Shown in pieces: positions 26,957 through 36,431 of a stretch of DNA of 60,337 nucleotides (position 1 is the stretch's first letter; each line of letters opens with the position of its first letter). The translations under genes and the position numbers were made by a program. The notes under the pieces were generated by a model. That model ran no database searches. It had not been told where the DNA came from and saw only the letters and a program-made list of their open reading frames with translations. The DNA is taken from the NCBI GenBank assembly GCA_031458695.1, contig JAVKJW010000014.1:1-60337 (forward strand), given 5' to 3'. Origin of the DNA: Candidatus Thermofontivivens primus. Its GTDB lineage: Bacteria > Sysuimicrobiota > Sysuimicrobiia > Sysuimicrobiales > Thermofontiviventaceae.

Positions 26957-28930
26957 TTATCTAGCTTCCCGCTGGAGTTCAGGAAGGATGCGTTCAAAGT
27001 AATCCAGCGATTGTGGGTTGATCAGGGCGTCCCGGTTCACCACAGGCCTCCCGTTGATGATGTTGGCGACGGCGATCTCCACCTTCTTCATATTGAAGGT
27101 ATATGGCACATCTGGCGTCTCCAGGATCAACGCCGGGACGTGTCGGGGAGATGCACCCGTTCTGAGGGCAGTTTTGATCTTGTTCTTCAACTCTTCGGTC
27201 AGGGAGTAGCCCGGCTTCAGCTTCACGAATAGGAGAATGCGCTGGTCTCCACGCCACTCCTGTCCAACGGCCAGGCTATCTGCAATCTCCTCCAAGCGCT
27301 CAACGATGTTGTAGATCTCTGCGGTGCCGATCCGCACGCCGGCAGGCTTCAGCGTGGCATCCGATCGACCTAGGAAGGTAATACCCCCTGTATCGCTGTG
27401 CATCACAATGAGGTCCCCATGCCGCCAGACGTTCTTGTTGGGGTAGAAGGTGAAGTAGGCCTCGCGGTACTTCCGACCATCTGGATCGTTCCAGAAGTAC
27501 AGCGGCATAGATGGAGAGGGTGCCTCGCAGACCAGCTCTCCCGGCCGATCCCAGACGGGATCTCCTTTCTCATCGTATGCCTTCACCTTCATGGCGAGGG
27601 CCGGGCCCTGCAGTTCACCTGGATATACGGGCTGAATGGGGCTACCGGCAGCAAAGCAGCCGTTGATGTCCGTGCCTCCCGAGATCGAGTTGAAGTGCAG
27701 GTCTTGCTTGATCTCCCGGTACACGTATTCGAACCCCTCGGCTGAAAGGGGCGAGCCCGTCTGGGAAATCTCCCGAAGCGAGGAGAGGTCATACTCCCGG
27801 GCGGGCCTCAGCCCCTCCCTCATGATGAAGTGGATGTAGGTAGCGCTGGTTCCAAAGACCGTGATGCGCTCCTCTTCAATGAGCTTCCACATCGCGCCGG
27901 GACCGGGGTAATTGGGGTTCCCTTCGTACAGGACCACTGTCGCCCCCACAGCCAGGGAGCTCAACAACCAGTTCCACATCATCCAGCTGCAGGTTGTGAT
28001 ATAGAGGATGCGATCCTCGCGCTTCAGGTCGGTGTGCAGGAGGAGTTCCTTCAGGTGGTTGATGAGCACGCCTCCGGCCCCCTGCACCATACACTTGGGC
28101 TTCCCCGTGGTCCCTGAGGAGAACATGATATACACGGGGTGGTCAAAAGGAAGCTGCTCGAACTCGATCGCAAGGCCGCTCTCCTTGGCTAAGAAGTCCT
28201 CGTAGAGGACTGCGTTGGGGATGGTGCGGATGTCGGGCTTCGCGGTGGTGTAGGGGACAACGACCACCTTTTCTAAGGAAGGGATTCCCCGCGCGACCTC
28301 GGCTGCATTGCCCAGGGTGTCGAAGTGCTTCCCCTTGTAAAAGTACCCGTCGGAGGTGAAGAGAACTTTGGGCTCCACCTGCCCAAGGCGGTCCAACGCC
28401 GCCTGCGGGCCGAGGTCTGTGGCGCAGGAAGCCCACGTGGCACCCACGCTGGTGGCTGCCAGCATCGCGATTGCCGTTTCGATCAGGTTAGGCATGTAGG
28501 CGACAACGCGATCGCCTGGTTTCACCCCAAGCTCCCGCAGGGATTTGGCCAAGCGTGCCACCGCGTCGTAGAGTTCTGCATAGGTCATCCGCGCGGACTG
28601 CCCGCTTTCCCCCCGGAAGATCAAGGCGAGGTGGCCATCCCTGTAGCGGAGAAGGTTCTCGGCGAAATTCAGCCGTGCACCAGGAAACCACTGAGCACCT
28701 GGAAACTTGCGAAGGTCGTCCACAACGGCATCGTATCCTCGCGAGGCGATGATCCCTCCAAATTCCCACATGATAGCCCAGAATTCTGGGATGTGTTCAA
28801 TGGACCAGGCGTAAAGCTCGGGGTAATCGTGGATCTCCTGGCCATACCGCGTATTCACCATATCGATGAACTTCGTGATGTTGGCCTGGCGCTTGGTCTT
28901 CTCGGAGGGCACCCAAAGTGGTGTTTTCAT
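26957..28930 (-). CDS. Acetoacetate-CoA ligase-like acyl-CoA synthetase
   Basis: LNFAENLL, FSSGTTGKPKC, WMMWNWL, SISGGTD, GRSDATL..GVRIGTAEIY. Start reassigned to ATG 28930. Confidence 0.9.
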   Translation of the reverse strand: MKTPLWVPSEKTKRQANITKFIDMVNTRYGQEIHDYPELYAWSIEHIPEFWAIMWEFGGIIASRGYDAVVDDLRKFPGAQWFPGARLNFAENLLRYRDGHLALIFRGESGQSARMTYAELYDAVARLAKSLRELGVKPGDRVVAYMPNLIETAIAMLAATSVGATWASCATDLGPQAALDRLGQVEPKVLFTSDGYFYKGKHFDTLGNAAEVARGIPSLEKVVVVPYTTAKPDIRTIPNAVLYEDFLAKESGLAIEFEQLPFDHPVYIMFSSGTTGKPKCMVQGAGGVLINHLKELLLHTDLKREDRILYITTCSWMMWNWLLSSLAVGATVVLYEGNPNYPGPGAMWKLIEEERITVFGTSATYIHFIMREGLRPAREYDLSSLREISQTGSPLSAEGFEYVYREIKQDLHFNSISGGTDINGCFAAGSPIQPVYPGELQGPALAMKVKAYDEKGDPVWDRPGELVCEAPSPSMPLYFWNDPDGRKYREAYFTFYPNKNVWRHGDLIVMHSDTGGITFLGRSDATLKPAGVRIGTAEIYNIVERLEEIADSLAVGQEWRGDQRILLFVKLKPGYSLTEELKNKIKTALRTGASPRHVPALILETPDVPYTFNMKKVEIAVANIINGRPVVNRDALINPQSLDYFERILPELQREAR

Positions 28931-29053
28931 GGAACTCCCCTCTTCACAGCTGGACATTGTCTCCTGGTGGATTTGGCTGGGCCCCTTTGGGGTGGCGGTG
29001 TTCCTCGCACCTTCCGAGGAAATATGATACCACGCCCTCTCTTGGGTGTGCAT

Positions 29054-29758
29054 TCACAACCCTAGGTAGGCCTTCTGAACATGCGGGTTCTCCAAGAGCT
29101 CGCGACCAGATCCCGAGAGGACGATCCGGCCTGTCTCCAGGACATACCCTCTCCTTGCGATCCCCAGGGCAAGGTGGACATTCTGCTCTACCAGGAGGAT
29201 GGTCACCCCTTGCCGGTTAATCTCTTGGATCGTCTCGAAAACCTCTCGCACGAGGAAAGGAGCAAGCCCTAGCGACGGTTCATCCAGCATGAGCAGCTTG
29301 GGTCGCGCCAGGAGTCCGCGGGCGATGGCCAGCATCTGCTGTTCCCCACCGGAGAGGGTCCCCGCTAGCTGGTATTTGCGTTCCTCTAGCCGGGGGAAGA
29401 GTTGGAAAACCCAGCGTAGGCTCTCCTTCCTCGCCGCGCGTGCCTGCCGAATGTAGGCCCCTAGCTCCAAATTCTCCAGCACCGTCATGTTCGGCCATAG
29501 ACGCCTCCCTTCAGGAATCTGGACTACCCCGAGCTCCACGATCCTGTGCGCAGGGAGGCGATCCAGGCGGACGCCGTTCAGGTGGATGGAGCCACTCTTC
29601 GGAGTGAGGAGGCCCGAGATGGTATTCAATACCGTAGTCTTCCCTGCCCCATTGGAGCCAACCAGCGTGACAATCTCCCCCTCCCCCACCTGGAAGGAGA
29701 CATCGGAGAGGGCCTGCGCCTCCCCGTAGAAGACATTGATGTTCTCCACCTCAAGCAT
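29054..29758 (-). CDS. Liv-type ABC ATP-binding protein (LivF-like)
   Basis: GSNGAGKTT, LSGGEQQM, LDEPSLGLAP. Confidence 0.93.
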   Translation of the reverse strand: MLEVENINVFYGEAQALSDVSFQVGEGEIVTLVGSNGAGKTTVLNTISGLLTPKSGSIHLNGVRLDRLPAHRIVELGVVQIPEGRRLWPNMTVLENLELGAYIRQARAARKESLRWVFQLFPRLEERKYQLAGTLSGGEQQMLAIARGLLARPKLLMLDEPSLGLAPFLVREVFETIQEINRQGVTILLVEQNVHLALGIARRGYVLETGRIVLSGSGRELLENPHVQKAYLGL

Positions 29759-29775
29759 AGGACGGGAAAACCTCC

Positions 29776-30513
29776 TTACACCGCCAAGCTCGTCCCAAGG
29801 TAAGCCGCAATGACCTGGGGGTTGGTAGCAACCTCCTGAGGGGAGCCCTCAGCGATCTTCTCCCCATAGTTCAACACCATGATGCGATCGCTCACCCCCA
29901 TCACCGCCTGCATCACATGCTCCACCATGACGATGGTGATCCCCTGGTTCCGGATCTCCCGAATGAGCTGCATCGTCTGGAGGGTCTCGGTAGGATTGAG
30001 GCCAGCGATGACCTCGTCGAGCAAGAGGACGACGGGCCTTGTGGCCAGAGCTCTGGCAATTTCTAATCGCTTGCGGTCGGGAAGGGTGAGGTTCTTCGCG
30101 AGGACGTTGGCTTTGGGGGCCAGACCAGTAAATTCGAGAACCCTCATCGCCTCCTTTCGGACGTCCCTGGTCGCTCCTGTCACCCATCCCCTGCCGAAGG
30201 CTGCACCAACCAGCACATTCTCAAGGACGGTCATGTCGAGGAACGGCCGGACCACTTGGTGCGTGGTGGTGATCCCCATGCGGCAGATCTCATAAGGTTT
30301 CCGACCAGTGATCTCCTTGCCCCGGAAGAAAATCTGCCCGGAAGTGGGGGCGTAGATCCCTGCGATGATCCGGAACAATGTGGTCTTTCCGGCACCGTTC
30401 GGGCCGATGAGCCCAAAGATCTCCCCCTCGTGGACATAGAAGTCTACATTGTGGACGGCGGCGAGCCCGCCAAAGTACTTGGTTACCCCTTTGCCCTCAA
30501 GGATTCCTGCCAT
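29776..30513 (-). CDS. Liv-type ABC ATP-binding protein (LivG-like)
   Basis: GPNGAGKTT, LLDEVIAGLN, AYLG; start ATG 30513. Confidence 0.92.
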   Translation of the reverse strand: MAGILEGKGVTKYFGGLAAVHNVDFYVHEGEIFGLIGPNGAGKTTLFRIIAGIYAPTSGQIFFRGKEITGRKPYEICRMGITTTHQVVRPFLDMTVLENVLVGAAFGRGWVTGATRDVRKEAMRVLEFTGLAPKANVLAKNLTLPDRKRLEIARALATRPVVLLLDEVIAGLNPTETLQTMQLIREIRNQGITIVMVEHVMQAVMGVSDRIMVLNYGEKIAEGSPQEVATNPQVIAAYLGTSLAV

Positions 30514-30603
30514 GGATCTTCCTCCCCAAGCAACCCGGCGATGAGGCAACTGGACTTTTGCCGTGGCACCCTCTCAACGGTCTTCCTCCAACATGGGGGC
30601 ACC

Positions 30604-31611
30604 TCACCCCGTTGTAGGCACCATGGCCTTGGCCTGCCGCCACCTTTGGACCGACCGGTAGGCACGTTCGGCGAGGCCGACGAGCCCCCTGGGTTCGAAC
30701 AGGATGATCAGGACGAGGAGAGCACCGTAGACCAAGAGGTGGAACTGAACAAGTTTGAAGGTGAACCCCCATAGGTTGAGGGAAAGCGTCATGATCCGGT
30801 CCTGGATCACCGTGAAGATCACTGCGCCGAGCACTGGACCCCACAGGGTGCCGATCCCCCCGATAATGGGCATGAGGATCATGTTCACGCTCATGGAGAA
30901 CCCGAATACCGTGCCGGGGTCGATATATAAAATGTACTGGGCATACAGGCTCCCCCCCACCCCAACCAGGAACGCGCTCAGCATGAGCGCCAGGATCTTA
31001 TAAGAGAGCGCATTGACCCCCAGGGCCTCGGCCGCGTCCTCGTCCATGCGAATGGCGAAGAGGCCCAGGCCGAACCTGGAGTTCCGTATCGCGGCAGAGA
31101 TCAGCAAAGAGCCCAGCATCAGGAAAAAGCCCATATAGTAAAACCCAAAGAGGTAGAGGCGGATATCCTCGGGCGTCGGGAGGGTCAGACCTCCAGCCCC
31201 GCCGGTGAGGTTTTCGAGGTTCAAGGCAAGGAGGCGGGTCGCCTCCCCCACACCGATGGTGGCAATGGAGAAATAAGGGCCTCTCAACCGGAGACACGGC
31301 CATCCCCAGAGTAACCCGTAGAGAGCGGCAGCAACCCCAGCCAAGGGAATCGTAAGCAGCTGTGGGATTCCCCGAAGCCAGAGGATCGAAGTCGTAGAGG
31401 CTCCAATACCGAAGAACACCACGTGCCCGAAGGAGATCTGGCCCGCGTAGCCTCCTACGAGGTTCCAAGCGATACTGAGGGTGATGAACAGGAAGGTCAG
31501 GAACCCGAGATGCTGGTAGTACGTCCCCCTTCCCACAACGGGGATGAGGGCCAGGAAGATCAGCACCCCGAGGAGCAGGAGAATCCTGCCTGTGCGCACC
31601 GTTCCTTTCAC
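30604..31611 (-). CDS. Liv-type ABC permease (LivM-like)
   Basis: WNLVGGYAGQISFGH, IIGGIGT; start GTG 31611 overlapping the upstream stop. Confidence 0.9.
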   Translation of the reverse strand: MKGTVRTGRILLLLGVLIFLALIPVVGRGTYYQHLGFLTFLFITLSIAWNLVGGYAGQISFGHVVFFGIGASTTSILWLRGIPQLLTIPLAGVAAALYGLLWGWPCLRLRGPYFSIATIGVGEATRLLALNLENLTGGAGGLTLPTPEDIRLYLFGFYYMGFFLMLGSLLISAAIRNSRFGLGLFAIRMDEDAAEALGVNALSYKILALMLSAFLVGVGGSLYAQYILYIDPGTVFGFSMSVNMILMPIIGGIGTLWGPVLGAVIFTVIQDRIMTLSLNLWGFTFKLVQFHLLVYGALLVLIILFEPRGLVGLAERAYRSVQRWRQAKAMVPTTG

Positions 31612-32501
31612 CTCTGCCGCACCGCGAATCGCCTCTGGAAGAGCTCCGGAAGCCCACCAGGCATCACAAGGAGAGCGAGGACAAGGATGACAAAACTCAC
31701 GAAGTCCTGTAACCCAGCTCTGATCCAGAGCACGCTCAGAGTTTCGGCAAGAGCCAGGATCAGCGATCCCAGGGCCACGCCAAGGAAGCTCTCCACGCCT
31801 CCGAGCACGACGATACAAAAACTCTTTAGCATGTAGCTTCCCCCGAAGTTAGGATCGAAAGCATAGATGAGAGCGGTGAGGGCTCCCGCCATCCCGGCGA
31901 GAGCTGTCCCTAGACCAAAGGCCACCATGTCGATCTGGTCCGTGTTGATCCCGGCAAGCTTGGCTGCCGCGCTGTCTTGTGCCGTTGCCCGGATCGCCTT
32001 CCCGAGGTAGGTCCTGGTCATGAACTGGTGGAGAGCGAGGAGGGTAAAGACGCCCACCAGGAAGACGGCGAGACGGTTCACGTTAATGGGAACCGCCCCG
32101 AGGTTAAACCGCATCATGGTGTAGGGGGTAGTGATGGTACGGACCTCCCCCGTCCAAATGATGTAGGCGATGTTCTGCATCATCAACCAGACCCCGAACA
32201 GGAGCAGGAGAGAAGCGATAGGTGGTGCCTTGCGCACCGGCCGAACGAACACGCGCTCCAACAGGATCCCGAGGAGGAAGAACAGGGGAGGGACGACCAC
32301 CACGGCAGCAATGAAGGGGTTCATCTTCAGGCCCACAATCAAGACGTAGGCCACGTAGGCCCCCAACATGATTGCCCCGGCGTGAGAGAGGTTGATGACC
32401 TTCATTACGCCGAAGATGAGGGCGAGGCCATAGGACATGGTAGCGTAAACCCCCGCCACCAGCACCGCGCTGACGAAGAGGATCGCCAAGTTCAATGTCA
32501 T
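31608..32501 (-). CDS. Liv-type ABC permease (LivH-like)
   Basis: GLALIFGVMKVINLSH, GKAIRATAQD, VLGG. Confidence 0.92.
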   Translation of the reverse strand: MTLNLAILFVSAVLVAGVYATMSYGLALIFGVMKVINLSHAGAIMLGAYVAYVLIVGLKMNPFIAAVVVVPPLFFLLGILLERVFVRPVRKAPPIASLLLLFGVWLMMQNIAYIIWTGEVRTITTPYTMMRFNLGAVPINVNRLAVFLVGVFTLLALHQFMTRTYLGKAIRATAQDSAAAKLAGINTDQIDMVAFGLGTALAGMAGALTALIYAFDPNFGGSYMLKSFCIVVLGGVESFLGVALGSLILALAETLSVLWIRAGLQDFVSFVILVLALLVMPGGLPELFQRRFAVRQR

Positions 32502-32582
32502 TCAGATCCCTCGCCTCTATGCTTCCACCCAAATAACCAGGAGGGACCCCGGACCAAGCCAAGTGAGCCCGTCGCCGGGTAC

Positions 32583-33884
32583 TTACCTCTTCGGGATAGG
32601 AACGACAGCTTCCCCAAGGGCAACATACTTGGGGTAAACGAGGACCGGCCCTCTCCCCGGGAGGTTCTGCATAATCACGTAGTCATTATCAATTTGCCCA
32701 TTCGGCCCGAACCAAACCCGCTGCCCCACGACGATGGAACCACGCATGTCCATCTTCGCCAACGCGTCGCGGATCTTCGCTTTGTCCAGGGAACCTGCCT
32801 TCTCAATGGCTCTGAAGAGCACCCGAGCTGTCTCGTAGGCAAGGGCAGGGAACCACTCTGCCGGTTTCTTATAGGTCTCCTCATATTTCCTCACGAACGC
32901 CCTGGCCTGCGGGTAAGGGAGGTCACGGTGCCACCAGTTCACCGACACGATGTAGTCGGCCGCAGGGCCGAGGGCGTCCCGGATTGCTTTCTCGGTCCCA
33001 CGGGGTCCGTAGCTGATCACTTGGAAGTAGAGCCCCAACTCTGTGAGCTGCCTCTGCATGAGGATGGCATCGGCGATTCGCGCATCGACCAGCCAGGCAT
33101 CCGCATTGGCTGCTTTCACTTTTTGAAGGAGCGGGGTGAAGTCCTTGCTGCCAATCTCAAAAGGTTCGTCGAAGACGATGGTGAAACGGTCCGGGGAGGC
33201 CCTAGCCTTATCGAGGATGCCCTTCTGGAAATCCTTCCCGTGGGAGGTATTCTCCCAGGCAATGGCTATCCGGAGGGGTTTACCAAGCTTACCCGCATCC
33301 TGCTGGCTTGCAATCCAGTTCATCAGGGTGATGGCAAGCTTCTCGATGCTGGCGAGCAGACCAAAGATCCACTTGTAGCCCCGGGCATAGATGGCGGTGG
33401 AAGCTCCTCCCCCGTTCACGTAAGGAACCTTGTACTTCTCTGGAACCACCGTATGTGCTTGGATCAGTGGAGTGCTATACCCACCGAGGAGCGCATGGAC
33501 CTTATCCTCCGTCACCAGTTTCTCATAGAGGCTGACCGAAGTTGTCGCATCGCTCTTGTCATCGTAGAGGATCAGCCGCACGGGGATCCGCTTGTTATAC
33601 TCTTTGACAAAGATCCCTCCTCGCTCGTTGACCTCTTTCACGGCCATCTCATACCCGTCTTTGAAGTAGCCCCCTTCCCGCGCAAACGTCCCCGTCAGGG
33701 GGAGGGCCGCCCCGATCACGATCTCCTTCGGAGCTGGGGGTGCGGCGAACGCCCCCAGGGAACTTCCGAGCATCACAAGTGTAAGCAACCCTGCAAGAAT
33801 GCGGACCCGTTGGATCACCTTGGTCACACCCCCCTTTGGGCAGTTTGGCTTAAAACTCTGGGGATATTTTATTTCTCTGCTCAA
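32583..33884 (-). CDS. Branched-chain amino acid-type ABC substrate-binding protein
   Basis: Signal peptide then IVIGAALPLTG, YDDKSD, LLGGYST. True start probably GTG ~33818-33827. Confidence 0.9.
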   Translation of the reverse strand: MSREIKYPQSFKPNCPKGGVTKVIQRVRILAGLLTLVMLGSSLGAFAAPPAPKEIVIGAALPLTGTFAREGGYFKDGYEMAVKEVNERGGIFVKEYNKRIPVRLILYDDKSDATTSVSLYEKLVTEDKVHALLGGYSTPLIQAHTVVPEKYKVPYVNGGGASTAIYARGYKWIFGLLASIEKLAITLMNWIASQQDAGKLGKPLRIAIAWENTSHGKDFQKGILDKARASPDRFTIVFDEPFEIGSKDFTPLLQKVKAANADAWLVDARIADAILMQRQLTELGLYFQVISYGPRGTEKAIRDALGPAADYIVSVNWWHRDLPYPQARAFVRKYEETYKKPAEWFPALAYETARVLFRAIEKAGSLDKAKIRDALAKMDMRGSIVVGQRVWFGPNGQIDNDYVIMQNLPGRGPVLVYPKYVALGEAVVPIPKR

Positions 33885-33927
33885 TCAGACTTCTCCCTCC
33901 TGTGATGGACGAGCTTTTTGTTCCTGC

Positions 33928-34767
33928 TTACCACACCGCGATGACCCGCAGCGGGCCGCCCGAGGCGTTCTGGACCTTCAACGCCCCCACGAAGATCGTC
34001 GCCCCATTTGGCGGGATCTTCGCCAGGTTGGCCAGGTTTTCCAACCCCCACTTGTTCGCGCCAAGAACGGTGATGTGCGTCTTGAAGTCAGAGCTGGGAC
34101 CGTAGTCCAGGCTAAGAGTGTCTACACCGATGCCTACGATGTCCCGCTCCTTGATGAGGAACTCGGCGGCCTCCGGATGGAACCCGGGGAAATGCATGAC
34201 GCCCTTGCTATCGGGGTTTCGGTAGGCATTCTGGTCTCCCACGCGGCTTTCCCACCCACTGTGCATGAGCACTGCCGCACCTTCCGGAATGCGACCATAC
34301 CGGTTTTCCCAGGCTTTCAGATCGTCGACTGTAACCTGCGCATCCGGATTTGCAGCCGCTCGTTCATGGATGTGAATGACAACGGCAGGAGCGATGAGGC
34401 TCCGGATGGGAATTTGGTGGAGCATCCATCGCCCAAGAACGAAGTGCTGGGGAGCGTCCATGTGGGTGCCGATGTGTTCGGGGAGCGACCAGTTGTTGGC
34501 ATAAAACCCGTTTTTCTGGATGGTCACAAGATTGGTCCGCTCAAACGCCTTGAAAAGATCGGGATTATAGCGAGGGAATGCGCTGTTCAGCACGTGGGTC
34601 AGGTCGGCGATGTTGGTATAGGTGATGGTCCGCGCCTGTGCAGGTGTGGCACTCGTGAGGAGCCCCGCTCCAGAGATCGCCATTGCGGCTGCAGACGTCG
34701 TTGCCAGCTTCAAGAACTCCCTTCGAGGAATCCTTCCAAGAACCTCAAACGTCTGTGGTACGCACAT
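33928..34767 (-). CDS. Cyclase family (kynurenine formamidase-like) metal hydrolase with Tat signal
   Basis: PRREFLK Tat motif, HIGTHMDAPQH, GVDTLSLD, GLENLANL. Confidence 0.88.
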   Translation of the reverse strand: MCVPQTFEVLGRIPRREFLKLATTSAAAMAISGAGLLTSATPAQARTITYTNIADLTHVLNSAFPRYNPDLFKAFERTNLVTIQKNGFYANNWSLPEHIGTHMDAPQHFVLGRWMLHQIPIRSLIAPAVVIHIHERAAANPDAQVTVDDLKAWENRYGRIPEGAAVLMHSGWESRVGDQNAYRNPDSKGVMHFPGFHPEAAEFLIKERDIVGIGVDTLSLDYGPSSDFKTHITVLGANKWGLENLANLAKIPPNGATIFVGALKVQNASGGPLRVIAVW

Positions 34768-34836
34768 GGTCCATCCCCCCTGCTCCCGTGAGAATTTTCA
34801 AGTTCTTTCCATGGAGCCCCTGAAAATTCCTGCAAA

Positions 34837-34931
34837 GTACTCCGGCAGAAGTCTTTTGCCTTTTGTTGGAGGCCCCTCTTGAAAGAACGGAACCCCAGCA
34901 AAATCTCAGCAAGAGATTTTGTTGGGGTTAC
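34837..34931. repeat. Full-length double-hairpin interspersed repeat, inverted relative to 7389-7482
   Basis: GTACTCCGGCAGAAGTC...GGCCCCTCTTGAAAGAACGGAACCCCAGCAAAATCTCAGCAAGAGATTTTGTTGGGGTTAC aligns end-to-end with the reverse complement of 7389-7482. Confidence 0.8.
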
Positions 34932-35037
34932 AAAGAACCTGTGCTACAGCAGGAAACCTGGGCCCGCTGGCGTATTCCTCCTTGCCAGAGCAACCTTGCA
35001 AAATTTCTGGAAAAGATTTTCCGAAAGGAGCGATCCC

Positions 35038-36375
35038 ATGACAAAACCTTCTCCCCAGGCGATCTTCCAGGTCGATCACGCGCACCTCATCCATCCCCTC
35101 CATCACCCCAGCGATCACCAGGAACCCCTCCTCTTTGTCGAAGGGAAAGGGGCCATCTTGCGGGACATTGAGGGGCGGGAGTATCTCGATGGGCTTGCCT
35201 GCCTGTGGAACGTCAACGTCGGCCACGGCAGGGAGGAACTCGCCAACGCCGCTAGTGAACAGATGCGGCGCCTTGCTTACGCATCCGCCTACGTGGGCTT
35301 CACCAACGAGCCTGCCATCCGCCTGGCGGAGCGGTTACTGAAGTTGGCATATCCCAACCTTTCCGGGGTTTACTTCACCACGGGCGGCGCCGAGAGTAAT
35401 GAAACCGCCTTCAAGACCGCCCGTTACTATTGGAAGAGGCGGGGGAAGCCCAACAAGACCAAGATCATCTCCCGGCACCACGCATACCACGGGGTCACCC
35501 TGGCGGCGATGAGCGCGACAGGGATCCCTGCCTACCACAAGATGTTCGAACCCAGGGTCCCTGGCTTTTTCCATATCCCGCCGTCCTACCCCTACCGGCT
35601 CCCCGGCTCCATGGCAGAAGCTCTTGAAGAAGCCATCCTGCGGGAAGACCCCAAGACAGTGGCCGCTTTCATCGCAGAACCGGTCATTGGTGCAGGTGGG
35701 GTCATCCCCCCAACCCCTGATTACTTCCCCCGTATTCGCGAGATCTGCGACCGGTACCAGGTTCTGTTCATCGCAGATGAGGTGATTACAGGTTTCGGGC
35801 GAACTGGACGGTGGTTTAGCTTGGAGCACTGGGGAGTCCAGCCGGACATCCTCACATTTGCCAAGGGAGTCACCAGTGCCTACCTCCCGCTGGGAGGCAT
35901 GATGGTCTCCCGGGAGATTCACCAGGCGATCCTGGAGGCCCCACCTGCTGAGCGGTACATGCATGCGGCAACCTACTCCGCGCACCCCACCTGCTGTGCG
36001 GTGGCCTTGCGAAACCTGGAAATCCTTGAACAGGAGGGCCTCATAGAACACGCCGCGAGGATGGGAGAAAGGCTCATTGCCGGTCTACAGACGCTTCGCG
36101 ATCTCCCCATCGTCGGCAATGTGCGGGGGCTTGGTCTCATGTGCGGGGTAGAGCTCGTGGAGGACCAGGAAACCAAGGAGCCGGCCATTGGCCTCGGCGC
36201 CCGGGTACTCGCTGAGGCCAGGAAACGCGGGCTGGTGACGCGCATTCGCGTGGGCCAACGAGGAGACTTTCCTATTGGCGATACGATCCTCCTCGCCCCT
36301 CCCCTCGTGATCACAGAGGAGCAAGTGGACCGGATCGTCGAGATCCTTCGGGAGTCGATCAAGGCTTGTTTGTAA
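35038..36375 (+). CDS. Class III PLP aminotransferase (omega-amino acid:pyruvate type)
   Basis: LWNVNVGHG, AYHG, IADEVITGFGRTG, FAKG (PLP Lys), HAATYSAHP; start ATG 35038 after AAGGAG. Confidence 0.9.
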   Translation: MTKPSPQAIFQVDHAHLIHPLHHPSDHQEPLLFVEGKGAILRDIEGREYLDGLACLWNVNVGHGREELANAASEQMRRLAYASAYVGFTNEPAIRLAERLLKLAYPNLSGVYFTTGGAESNETAFKTARYYWKRRGKPNKTKIISRHHAYHGVTLAAMSATGIPAYHKMFEPRVPGFFHIPPSYPYRLPGSMAEALEEAILREDPKTVAAFIAEPVIGAGGVIPPTPDYFPRIREICDRYQVLFIADEVITGFGRTGRWFSLEHWGVQPDILTFAKGVTSAYLPLGGMMVSREIHQAILEAPPAERYMHAATYSAHPTCCAVALRNLEILEQEGLIEHAARMGERLIAGLQTLRDLPIVGNVRGLGLMCGVELVEDQETKEPAIGLGARVLAEARKRGLVTRIRVGQRGDFPIGDTILLAPPLVITEEQVDRIVEILRESIKACL

Positions 36376-36431
36376 ATCTCAACAGAAGTCCTTTGGCAGG
36401 TCCCGAGGTCCTCCTCACAGAGGGCAGAGAA

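Noticed and set aside
31977..33905. 642-aa plus-strand ORF, and similar long ORFs at 14399-15979, 11815-13257 and 38479-39549
   Set aside because: Antisense shadows of well-supported genes in GC-rich DNA, with no recognisable motifs.
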